NCBI RefSeq assembly: GCF_041956535.1
Contig: NW_027192215.1
Location: 427,179-491,178, forward strand
DNA: 64,000 nucleotides
Direction of reading: 5' to 3'
Source of the DNA: Calcarisporiella thermophila CBS 279.70
Lineage: Eukaryota > Fungi > Calcarisporiellomycota
Every line of letters begins with the position of its first letter. The stretch's first letter is position 1. A model generated the notes under the pieces. It searched no databases and was not told the DNA's origin. It saw only the letters and a list, made by a program, of their open reading frames with translations. This document shows, piece after piece, positions 1 to 10,824 of the stretch. Both the position numbers and the translations under genes were made by a program.

Positions 1-1267
1 TTGGAACTGCGGCCATTCCAATTGAATCAGCGGTGTCCTTCAAAAACGAAAGAGGAGGACTGGAATTGTTTGGGGTAACAACAAAAAGTGCTCTGAGTTG
101 TGGAATCAATGCAACAATCAAGCCTACTAGCAGAGCAATATTGGGAGGATTGAAGGCGTTTCCTAGCTGCTCTCTCAGTCTTCTGAAACGCTTCCCAACT
201 AAACGAATTCTGTTGGTATCGGGAGTAATCATCTCTTTTTTGGGAAAGGTTTTGGAAAATTCTAGCTCTGAAGGAAGCTTCTGAGGTTTGGTATCTAATG
301 AAATCACAGTGATAACCTCCTCCTCTTCCTGGACACTATGGCTTTCCATGTCATTCGTTTCCAATGTAGAAGATTTGTCTTCCGGCGGGCTCGACTCTTT
401 TTGCGATACTTTGGCAAAATCCCATTGGAAAAGCTTGTATCCTGCGCCCCAAAGTGTTAAATTAAATACCGCCAAGACGACCGATGCATAGGCTACACCC
501 GTATCACTATCACCCTTACGAAACGGTGGCGATTCACCAAGAGACATTAGAACGGCAATCGGTATATCACCCTAACAATGCAGTTCATATTATGGATAGA
601 AAGAGGTGAGTGCAAGCAGAATTACCATAGTAATTCGGAGCAAATGCTCTAACAGGTCCACTTACCCAATTACCCCAAGTTGATACTGCGATGACCGCAT
701 AGGAAAAGTTGCCTGGCAAACGGCAGAAACGTCTAATAAGGCACCCTAACAGGAATCCCATGACTAAATAGAAAATTGCTATCAAAGCTATGACCCTAAT
801 GCCACAAAGTAATGTAGTAAGAGTCAGAGCCCACCTTCCCCGGTTATCAGAATGAACAGAATGCCTTGGTCCTTCAGTTAAAACTCACCCAACATCTTCG
901 ATATTCTCTAAGCTGATACCCGCAACGGTCTTCGAAAAAAGTAAAGAGGGAGATAAGAAGTTGACGATGACCTAGAACGAGGAAGGCCGTGAGAATGGAT
1001 TTTTCATAAGGCTAATTTTTTCTTTCTACCGTTAAGCTTATTCACCTTGGATATCAACTTTAGCCCCATCCCGTCTAGGATACCTGCTCTCGCCATCAAT
1101 GCACCTCCGGCTAGCATCAGAAAAAGAAAAGGCGAGAATAAGAAATAAATTTACGCTTGCGCGCACAATCCATCAATAGAAAATTGGCGCCCAGCCCTAC
1201 CAGAAGCAATGAAAATCTTTAGGACCGGCCTAACGCTAATCCATATCAGCTCTCCTAGTGTCGCCAT
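1..1267 (-). CDS. Auxin efflux carrier / PIN-like (ECM3-like, Mem_trans family) membrane transporter, multi-exon, 3' end outside window
   Basis: ATG at 1267; spliced reading MATLGELIWISVRPVLKIFIAS|AGGALMARAGILDGMGLKLISK; exon 'IAIFYLVMGFLLGCLIRRFCRLPGNFSYAVIAVSTWGNW' with the family GN motif; 'TADSIGMAAVP' at the window edge; GT-AG introns. Confidence 0.8.
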
Positions 1268-4110
1268 ACGATATAGTGGTATTAGGTGCGGTGGGATAAG
1301 AATACCGAAAGGGAGTCAAGTCGGCTAATTGGGGACTGGGTATATATAAATGATCACAACCTGGGAGCACTTTTTCTAGCATTTCCAAAATATCCAAGCG
1401 AGCAGGGGATTCCAGCCAATCAGTGAAGATTGTTTTGCAATTACACTTTGTTATTCAACAAAAGGTAACACCGGCAAAAAGCAGTCCCGACCTTCCCAGT
1501 TTGACCTGGAACCACTATGGATATTTGAAAAAATTTGGAGAGCCAAGTTTGAGAATGAGCGGCTAGATGAATTTGATCTTCATGCTAATCCGTGGGAATA
1601 GGTCGATGAATATCTAGAATATGTGCTTATGCTCTTTATTCACATATAAACTGGCATACTACCTCGCCCCTCCCGCCCGTCGACGCAATGTTGACTAACC
1701 GTCCGACTACTCAGCGTTGCACCATATGCATAGAAGTGCATAAGGTATGCTTGCTCATATATACTTAACCATATGGCAAATATAGACTTTCTATCGCTGG
1801 ATCAAGAATGGCCAGATTGACATAATCCAATGAGGGGCCAGTCATACGACAGGATTAATAGGAGTCATTAATAAGCCAACGAGAAAGTAATGAGTGCGAA
1901 ATCCACATGGTTACGCATGGTTTTTAGATTTGGGAATGATGCACAAGTTCGTCAGATGTCAGGGCTTATATATTTACGCGTTAATTCATCTCCGCTTCGC
2001 TTTTTTGCCAGAGGTTCCCAATGACTCCCAAATAACAATACATGCATCCTCATTAAGGTAATCAGAAATTTTTGGATCACGAGCGGCACATGAGATATTT
2101 AGATTAATGCAAGTATGCCAGTACCTTTATAACAATTAAAGTTTGCCATCCCAAATCCTGGATTCTATAAATGTGTTTGATTAAAATGATACAATGATCA
2201 TTCCTTACATACAGTATAGGCTTTACCATTTCACTGGTATATTGTTAATTATTTTCACAGAAGTTCCCTGCATCATTTTTGCCTTATCTAAATCCTTTGG
2301 ACGCTTACGCTGTATATGAGAATATATTGCAGATATATTAATACACTTTATCCTTTTAACTAAGCGTTTTTCTATACTATCTGTGTATCTATAAGTAGTG
2401 GCCATTCTACAATTATTAGCACTTCTAAATATCTTTATCACTAAGGGTATTTGGCATATAATATCCAGAATTAAATGCAGCATAGAAAGGATTGTATTTA
2501 TAAAAGCCGTGAATATTCAACAAAGATGATAATCTAAGGGATGGGGCATGGAGAAGCACTCTTCCTTCAAACCACATACTAGAGGACCTCATAATCTAAG
2601 TAATTCATAGTAGAAATATATTTATTTAAGGCATTGATTAAGGTAAGCTCAATATGAATTTTCATTATGTTATACAGAATCTCAAGGAATGAATTGCAAA
2701 TATAACTTTTAAAAACTTTCTCTAATTCGAAATGAGCCCTTTAGATGTCTAGTAAATGCCTACTGTCTCCATAGTATATCAGCATTCAATACAAATATAT
2801 ACATTTTTTTAGTGGGCTTTTTCAAGGTATTCAAAATTTAATATTTTCCGATTAATTCGCTCAGATGCTATTAAAATAAAGGATTGTTTGTATACTATAC
2901 TGGGACAGTAAAGTGTGACATCATAAAACCATGAAATTTGGAGAAGAAAGGGTCGCATTAAGTATAATGGATGTAAAGTTGTACCAGAACAACCAATTTG
3001 AGCACAAAGTAACACTCATATTATTTCATCTGCTTATGATATATTGCGAAATATAAAATTGTACTGGTATACTGAATTTATATCTCTATATTGTAGAGCT
3101 TTAGATAAATGAATGGCAATAGCAGGTCTGGCGAAATGGCTTACTCCAACACTACTGGCAATAAGTTTAAGACGCATGATCCTACAACACCAATATCTAA
3201 AGATCAATGGGTGGTGAATGATATTGCACTTTGCTAGTAATTAAAACATTGGAGAAAATTACCAGTTTCTTTCGCAGTTGACTGTCACACATATTCATAT
3301 AGTATAATATTACCAGAAAAAACAACGAACATTATATTCAATTCATTAGGAAAAGGCCAGGATTTTGAAATTTTACCTCGGGTAAAGCATTCCAAATGAC
3401 TTATAAAGGGAGAGGCTGCACTAATTGAGCTGAAAAAAAGAAGTGTGAATGATCTTTGGTAGGAGTCGTGCTTTTAGAGGTAAAGGAACAAATATGAATA
3501 GTCTGGGTTACGGCAGAGTAAATAGCATTCAAATTGTTCTCTTTAAAATCAAACTTCTTCGCTTTATTTCAACCTAAAACTGACTTGGTCGGCTTCTATT
3601 AAACTGTTAAAGTCAATTATTGAACTTCTATCGTGGTAAACGCTTAGTGCAAGTTTAAATTTAGTGATTTGCTTTTATATCCCACTAGATGAAGTTTTAT
3701 TCCCAAAACCTTAGTGAAAAAAAGTAACACCCCATTTATTCAGGAATAAAAGCAATTTGAGAGCTGATAGGATGATATTAAAAGTAGAATGAATTTATAT
3801 AATATTTTAGTTATCAAAGATATGTCTAGTTTCTTTAATGTAGAACCAGGATATTGATACTTATGATATTGTCTATTTTACTGTGGTTAAAAAGACAATA
3901 TCATAATTTTTCAATAACTGATTACGAGATAATATCCTCTACGATAGCTATAAAAGCTTATTAGAAACTTTTTTATTTTCGTGGGAATATGTTCCTGGGA
4001 AACAACTCATTTTATACCTTTGGGAAAATAGAAATGATATAAATAGAGCAACAGTATCTTGATTTATTAAGCTGGAGGCCTCCGATTGCAAATACCATTG
4101 CCTATTTACA

Positions 4111-4257
4111 ATGAAACTCTTTATTATTGCGACCATACTAGTCGTATATATCACATTTTCTAAAGCAGTACCAGTTGAAATGCCTAAATGTCCTCCTGAT
4201 ATGGTTCTCTGTGGAACTCATTGTTGTCATATTTCGAAGCGGAGAAGCGTCATCTAA
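4111..4257 (+). CDS. 48-aa secreted Cys-rich peptide precursor (not in ORF track)
   Basis: MKLFIIATILVVYITFSKA|VPVEMPKCPPDMVLCGTHCCHISKRRSVI*; signal-peptide-like N-terminus, 4 Cys, TATA-like atataaata at ~4037, aca-ATG context. Confidence 0.6.
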   Translation: MKLFIIATILVVYITFSKAVPVEMPKCPPDMVLCGTHCCHISKRRSVI

Positions 4258-4929
4258 TCCAAAGATATGTAAAACTTTTTATAAGTCCTTAACCATGAAA
4301 ACAATTGATAATGTACGATCAAAAATTTTCTTTTATATTGAAAGTGATATTTAAGTAATTGATTGAAAATTCAATGTAGCTTCAGGTATTTTCTATTCTA
4401 AATTTTGTTCTTCCGACGATTTCTCTCAATTTAAGAGTTATTAAAATTGAAAACTCTATCTCTCTAGGAGATTTTAAATATTGACAATCCATTTCAGGAT
4501 CCTAAATCATTGTGTTGATTAATTGATAACTATGCTTAGTAAACTAAGAGCTCAAATTTACCTTTATTATTTCAAACATTCTATGAGATCTTTTACTGAA
4601 AAATTTATCTGATCGTAGAGTGATAGTGACAGTAGATCTCTATATCAATAGCAGCTTGACATTCTTCTACGTTAGCAAGGCATAAAGTGACAATAGGAGT
4701 TTCTGATATTATGGGAGCTGGATGAAAATATCAATTAGCTACCGAAGCAGTAGTAAGTTCTACCAGAGATAGGAAGAGATTCAGCCCATTTTTTCCATTT
4801 TTTTTTGTCTTATTAACTTTTCTTTTGAATTTGTTTATATTGTCTTATTATGCTACATCTAGTAGAGTTTTTTGACTTAATATATTTCTTTTGACATTAT
4901 ATTTTACATTTATTTTCCCTTTATTTTTT

Positions 4930-5283
4930 TGTTAGGAGAATCTTTATTAGAAAATATCCTTTTTCGTGCCTATTAAAGGAGATTAATAAACGTATCAGAA
5001 AACAAGAAATCCATGAAAGAATCGGGGGTTATACAGAGATTGTATTTAGCCTTCCTATTTTTCAAGGATAGGAAAGCAGAAATACGAGGAGAAGCAAAAA
5101 CAAAAAAAAATAGACTAAAATTTTTAATGTGTATAAGGGATGGAGATGTTAGGACGCTGAATCCAGGGAGGGACAGGTACAGCTGATAGGGTATTCGGCA
5201 CAGTCGTATTGGAGTCAACTGTTTAGGAAAAAGGATATTTCGTCTCCTTGGATTATATTTATTTTCATTCAAAATTCCTAACT
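4930..5283. mobile_element. Possible solo LTR
   Basis: Starts TGTTAGG and ends CCTAAC(T), an imperfect terminal inverted repeat; about 350 bp; no TSD found. Confidence 0.3.
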
Positions 5284-5353
5284 GTATTGTTTGGTTAATA
5301 GTAATTTTAAAATAGCAATAAAAACCTATCCAGCGCTTGAGAAAAAGTCAAGA

Positions 5354-5425
5354 AGGAGAACTCGGGATTTGAACCCGAAACCTTAAGATCTGCAGTCTCA
5401 CGCTCTACCGTTGAGCTAGCTCTCC
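5354..5425 (-). tRNA. tRNA-Cys(GCA), copy 1
   Basis: GGAGAGC-TA-GCTC AACGGTA GAGC-G-TGAGA CT GCA GA TCTTA-AGGTT-TCGGG TTCAAAT CCCGA-GTTCTCC-T folds to a cloverleaf; A and B boxes present; T5 terminator downstream. Confidence 0.97.
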
Positions 5426-5518
5426 CTTCACCACAATTTAATTGGAGCAGTTTAATTTTTGTCACGGTAAATATAATTAGCAGTCACGACTATAGTTCCT
5501 AGTTAAGTTTTTCCAAGA

Positions 5519-6374
5519 GTGGAGCGGAACATGCCGATACAATCGGAAATGGAGCGTAGATATTCTGCGCAACTCACGGAAAGGCTAAAAAGAGCGTGCG
5601 AACGTCGCTATAACGATTTTTCCTTAGAATGGGAACACGGATACCTTATCCTGCCCCCCAACCTAGTAGAGAAAATCACGAAATGTTCTGCCATACCCCG
5701 ACAACATCCTCCTCCTCGTTTCCCACTTCACCATTGTCACCTGGCTGGCGCGCCCGTCCCGGAATACTCCACTCGACAGGGAAGGCACTTCCAGCGAAAT
5801 GGCTCTCCGGAACCAGAAACGCTGACGCCCCAATCCTGGCCAGAGGTCACATCCACGGCAAAGGAATGGGAAAAGGTCTGGACCTCCATCCAAAAACGGC
5901 CAACACTCCCAAAACACCGCACACTACGCTGGCGAATCCTCGTAGAGCGTGTAATTACAGACTCGACATTCCCTGGTCATAACCCGAAATGTACCCGCTG
6001 TAACGCTCCGAGGGACACCATCCGCCACACCTTCTTCGAATGTCCCGAACTCACTTCAGTGTGGCATTGGACGGAAAGGTGTATCAACACCATATCAGGC
6101 CCCCTAAACACTCAGGTGCTGAGCCCCAGGAACCTCGTACTTGGCGACCTACCAGAAGCCCCAAGGACAGTAAGACACGCGGCTCAAATCATCTTCGATT
6201 CGGTGTTATGGCAAATCCATCAGGACCGAATCTCCTACCATTTCGAATGCATTCGAGCATCACCTGAGACAATCATCCTCCGTGCCAAAATGGACATCGA
6301 GGAGGCTATCGGAGGTGAACTGATAAAGGCACGAAAAAGACGAGAGATAGAGTTATTCCGAAGAAGGTGGTGCA
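5519..6374 (+). mobile_element. L1/Tx1-like non-LTR retrotransposon ORF2 3' fragment (zf-RVT region), copy 1, truncated at both ends
   Basis: WEKVW...LRWRIL...CTRC...DTIRHTFFECP CCHC zinc-binding motif typical of the L1-clade ORF2 C-terminus; homology with copy 2 stops at RRRWC (~6374). Confidence 0.85.
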
Positions 6375-6384
6375 GTCAGCAATA

Positions 6385-7747
6385 TTTTTTTTTGATCAAT
6401 GCCGAGTCTTTATTGTATAGGAAGACTCTAAAATACAATTGTTACATTATTATAAGCAATAAAGTGAAAGGGAAGCCAAAGTTAAAGCTTTGTGTGATAT
6501 CGTAGATCGAAATGATATGTTGGTCATATCGACTTTCAGCTCAAATAGGTAAGAGAATGGTGAAACCCAACTAACTGTGGATATCAAAGGATAACATGAG
6601 AGGTGGGGTGGGTAGTAAACAGATGGAAGCAGAGGATAGGGAGGGGATAAGGTAGGAATTACTGCGTTATCCCAGTATCAGTGCCGCTCCGATCGCTCCT
6701 TCTCTAACCGCACCCAGCTTGCACCACCTTCTTCGAAACTGTTCGATTTGCCGGTTTTTTCGTGCTCGGATTAGTTCGGCTCCTATCACTTCCTCAATAT
6801 CTAGTTTGGCCCGGTTGATGATTATTTCGGGTGAGGCTCGGGTGCTTTCGAAATGAAAGGCGATCCGATCTCGGTGGATTTGCCACAACACCGAGTCAAA
6901 AGTAATTCGGGCTACGTGTCTCGCTGTTCTCGAGGATTCCGTGAGGTCTCCTAGAATGAGGTTGCGAGCAGTCAGCACCGGAGTATTCTGGGGGACCTGT
7001 GATGGTGACGATGCACCTCTCCGCCCACTGCCACACTGGTGTGAGTTCAGGACATTCGAAGAAAGTATGACGAATTGTGTCTCTTGAGGCGTTACATCGG
7101 GTGCACTTCGGGTCGTGACCAGGAAGTGTCGAGTTAGTGATCACTCGTTCCACAAGAATCCGCCAGCGTAGCGCACGGTGTTTTGGGAGGGTGGGTCGTT
7201 TGTGGACGGAAGTCCAGATTTTCTTCCAATCCTCGGGTGTAGATCCAGCCTCTGGCCAAGATTGAGGCACCAATATGTTCAGCTCTAGAGAGCCGTTGCG
7301 CCGGAAGTGACGTCCTTGTCGGGTGGAGTATTCTACGACAGGCCTGCCGGCCAGGTGGCAGTGATAAAGTGGGAAACGGGGGTGAGGGTGTTGTTGCGGT
7401 ATATCAGTACACTCCGTGACCTTTGCAACTAAGCTCGGGGGTAAGTTGAGGTAACGGAGCTCCCATCCAAGAGAACAGCTGCAGTATCGGCGGTGGCACG
7501 CGTTCCTTAGCTTTTCAGTAGGGAGCACAGAGTATCTACGTTCCATTTCCGATTGCCTTCCAATATTCCTGTCAAATAAAGCCTGATTATNNNNNNNNNN
7601 NNNNNNNNNNGGGTGTTGGGGGTTTTGGCTCCTCCATCTGTCGGCCCTCGTCTGTGATTAACGGGCACTTGTAGAGAGGTAGAGACAAGACCTCGGTCGC
7701 AGTCCAGTTTGGTGATGCTACTGGGCTACCGGGTGAAAAGATATTAT
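6385..7747 (-). mobile_element. L1/Tx1-like non-LTR retrotransposon, 5'-truncated, copy 2 with 3' UTR and poly(A)
   Basis: ORFs 6896-7546 and 6667-6978 (frameshift near 6980-6995) homologous to copy 1; about 270-bp 3' UTR with AATAAA (6409-6414) and A9 tail (6385-6393); a reading frame (NWTATEVLSLPLYKCPLITDEG) is open beyond the gap to ~7747. Confidence 0.85.
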
Positions 7748-7809
7748 GTGACTGCTATTTATACTTACCGTGACAAAAACTAAACTCCTCCAATCAAAAC
7801 GTGGCGAAA

Positions 7810-7881
7810 GGAGAGCTAGCTCAACGGTAGAGCGTGAGACTGCAGATCTTAAGGTTTCGGGTTCAAATCCCGAGTTCTCCT
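7810..7881 (+). tRNA. tRNA-Cys(GCA), copy 2
   Basis: Identical 72-nt sequence to copy 1; oligo-T terminator follows. Confidence 0.97.
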
Positions 7882-8075
7882 CTTTCCTTTTTTTTTAAAC
7901 TACCATAATCAATTAGATTTGACAAGGGATATCAACTTTCAGTTAGTGAGGCCACTTGAGATATCATTTAAATCAACAATGATTATCTCGTCTCGAATTG
8001 ACTTACCTACAATGAGGTAGTGTTTAATTCAATGGCTTGTCTAGTCAAATTATTACCTAACCAACGTAATAATGG

Positions 8076-8492
8076 TGTCGCGTTGGAAATAGGAGATGTG
8101 TGGTAGGAGGGGATTATCTCAACTATCTTAACGCTATCTCAAGTCATCTGCTTATCCGTATGCAGATATGCACTTAAGATAGGAGATGCCGAGAGCTTGA
8201 TATCCAGAAAATAGAACTTTGAATCCTTACTTTATTACATAAAAGTTATCACCCTTTTTATAATAATGCTAGATAAAACTATGACTCATAACAAATAATC
8301 AAAGAATAGCTCAATATTCAATAGGACTATAGCTGTTGCTAGTATTCAATAAAGCCAAGAAAATCCTCAATAAAACTAAAATAAATAGTAATACTCAGTA
8401 AAACTAAAATATGCATATTCTTTGAAAGATATCGAATCCCACAAACGCCGTCATAATCTTATGCTCCACGTTACTCTATTCTCGTCGTAACA
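8076..8492. mobile_element. Solo LTR A
   Basis: TGTCGCG...CGTAACA termini, flanked by ATGG at 8072-8075 and 8493-8496. Confidence 0.65.
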
Positions 8493-8496
8493 ATGG

Positions 8497-8920
8497 TGTT
8501 GTGAGGAGATTTGGCACAATATGGAATTATGGCGCAGTAGGAGGAAAGGTGGCTTTGGCGGCTTATTTTTCTTTTATATTTCTTTAAGATTTGGGATGGA
8601 TATATTTCTTGGGATGGTTTTATTAGTATATTTATTAGCTTACGGTTACGGTTAACATATTTTTCCTTGATTACCTCATTATATTTTTATTATCTCGTTT
8701 ACATTTATGTTTGTGGTACGTTATCTTTAGTGTAAAAGAGAAACATCTTTGTTTACAATAAAAGTGTGCTATTTTGTTTTGGGATAGAACCGGATTACTT
8801 TACAATCCACTTTGTGTCGTTTATAGCCTTCTGAAGTGTTTAAGGAAGGACAATCAAGAGCTTAGGGATAGCTAGAGGATTGTCGGGATAGACCTTATTA
8901 GACATATATTCGACGCAACA
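8497..8920. mobile_element. Solo LTR B
   Basis: TGTTG...CAACA terminal inverted repeat, flanked by ATGG at 8493-8496 and 8921-8924. Confidence 0.7.
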
Positions 8921-8930
8921 ATGGTGAAAG

Positions 8931-9229
8931 TGTTACGTAGAATATAAGATAGTATATAGAATAAGGATAAGATATTCGTAATCTCAGAAGTTTATCAATG
9001 TTTCTCTTTAATGTAATTCTTCTCTTATTTTAGTTATACTCAGTTTTAGTTAGAAACACTATATAAGTCTTAATGTTCCTTTTGTAATAAGAAAATACAG
9101 GATTCAAGTTCTTTATTTTTCTATATTTTTGGTTTACTTCCCACTATCTTAAGTGCGTGTTCTGCATCAAGGACTGCAGAAGACTTAAAATAGTAATCGG
9201 ATAAGCGGGATACGTACATTATCTCAACA
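8931..9229. mobile_element. Solo LTR C, inverted diverged relative of LTR A
   Basis: TGTT...AACA ends; its reverse complement shares tgcaga..gcacttaagatag..agaactt(t)gaatcct..ttattaca blocks with 8161-8245; no TSD seen, boundaries uncertain. Confidence 0.5.
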
Positions 9230-9243
9230 CCTCCCAATCTTCC

Positions 9244-9692
9244 TGTTACAGGCAAAGGGAGATTTCGTGGAGAGCTGTGCGGATTCATTAATAATAAAAA
9301 TAAGAGATTGGTCTTTTAATAAAAGACTAATAATAAAACTAACAATAATAATAATAATAATAATATAATGAAATAATAGCTTATCCTCACCTTAATAATA
9401 AAAATAAGAGATTGGTGAGGAACAGTAAAACAAAATAGAGGGGTTTAAATAGAATTAAGAGATAAAGGAAATAGCTCAACTGGTGTTCAAGGATAAATAA
9501 AGATAAACCAACAAAATAGCAATCAACCTCAACAAAGTAACCATGAGGGAGCATAAGAGTAACCACGAGGGGTCGGCAACGTAGCGGTAAACAATTCTAT
9601 TGGCTTCTCCACTTTAAAGATATCTCGCTTCCTGAATGCCTATGTGGCTGCCTTTGTGACTTCCCCGTACAAAAACCAATTATCTCGTAACA
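9244..9692. mobile_element. Solo LTR D
   Basis: Perfect TGTTAC...GTAACA termini, TTCC duplicated at 9240-9243 and 9693-9696; internal 25-bp direct repeat at 9288-9312 and 9392-9416. Confidence 0.75.
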
Positions 9693-10490
9693 TTCCTGTT
9701 GGAATCGTATCGAGATATCTGCAGTAGGACAACCAAGCCAAGCCACGTAATCCCTCAAGCCCTGCTATTTCGGAGCATTATCGGAGCATTATTAAGTAAT
9801 CGTTGTAATGTAATTCTTTTAGTATATATTGAACAGAACTCCCGCTATAGGAAAGGGAGACATCCTAAGTTCCAGATAGTATTCTTGTTTTTTTTTGNNN
9901 NNNNNNNNNNNNNNNNNNNNNNNNNNNNNNNNNNNNNNNNNNNNNNNNNNNNNNNNNNNNNNNNNNNNNNNNNNNNNNNNNNNNNNNNNNNNNNNNNNNN
10001 NNNNNNNNNNNNNNNNNNNNNNNNNNNNNNNNNNNNNNNNNNNNNNNNNNNNNNNNNNNNNNNNNNNNNNNNNNNNNNNNNNNNNNNNNNNNNNNNNNNN
10101 NNNNNNNNNNNNNNNNNNNNNNNNNNNNNNNNNNNNNNNNNNNNNNNNNNNNNNNNNNNNNNNNNNNNNNNNNNNNNNNNNNNNNNNNNNNNNNNNNNNN
10201 NNNNNNNNNNNNNNNNNNNNNNNNNNNNNNNNNNNNNNNNNNNNNNNNNNNNNNNNNNNNNNNNNNNNNNNNNNNNNNNNNNNNNNNNNNNNNNNNNNNN
10301 NNNNNNNNNNNNNNNNNNNNNNNNNNNNNNNNNNNNNNNNNNNNNNNNNNNNNNNNNNNNNNNNNNNNNNNNNNNNNNNNNNNNNNNNNNNNNNNNNNNN
10401 NNNNNNNNNNNNNNNNNNNNNNNNNNNNNNNNNNNNNNNNNNNNNNNNNNNNNNNNNNNNNNNNNNNNNNNNNNCATCCACACAACAAAA

Positions 10491-10562
10491 GGAGAGCTAG
10501 CTCAACGGTAGAGCGTGAGACTGCAGATCTTAAGGTTTCGGGTTCAAATCCCGAGTTCTCCT
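10491..10562 (+). tRNA. tRNA-Cys(GCA), copy 3
   Basis: Identical 72-nt sequence; starts 16 bp after the 577-N gap. Confidence 0.97.
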
Positions 10563-10824
10563 TTTCATTTTAATTTGAATTTGCTAACTATCTGGTCAAC
10601 CTTGAATCTTTAGATTGTATTCGGGTGAGTCTGTAAACATATATTTTTAATGCCATATATGCTTAAATATAATTTTTGCGATAATGAACATGAAAAATAT
10701 TCTTATTTTTTTTAGCATATATCTGGAATGGCTGACTTGCCAATTTGATCCATTTTGAAATACTTTAATAATTTGCATTTTGCACAATCAACTCCAACTT
10801 ATCAGCTCTGTATCCTATTTATTC

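Noticed and set aside
1950-3240. Short ORFs or exon-like pieces (2223-2483, 2809-3015, ~3109-3237)
   Set aside because: No coherent gene model or recognisable motif
6375-6505. C-terminal extension of the 328-aa ORF (SQQYFFLINAES...)
   Set aside because: Read-through into the antisense poly(A) and 3' UTR of LINE copy 2, not real ORF2 sequence
8072-8926. CRISPR-like or tandem array reading of the repeated ATGGTG
   Set aside because: The repeat is only 4-6 bp with ~420-bp TG...CA units in a eukaryotic context; better explained as target-site duplications
9699-10511. Long ORFs in the track spanning N runs (also 60976-61335)
   Set aside because: Artefacts of translating assembly gaps
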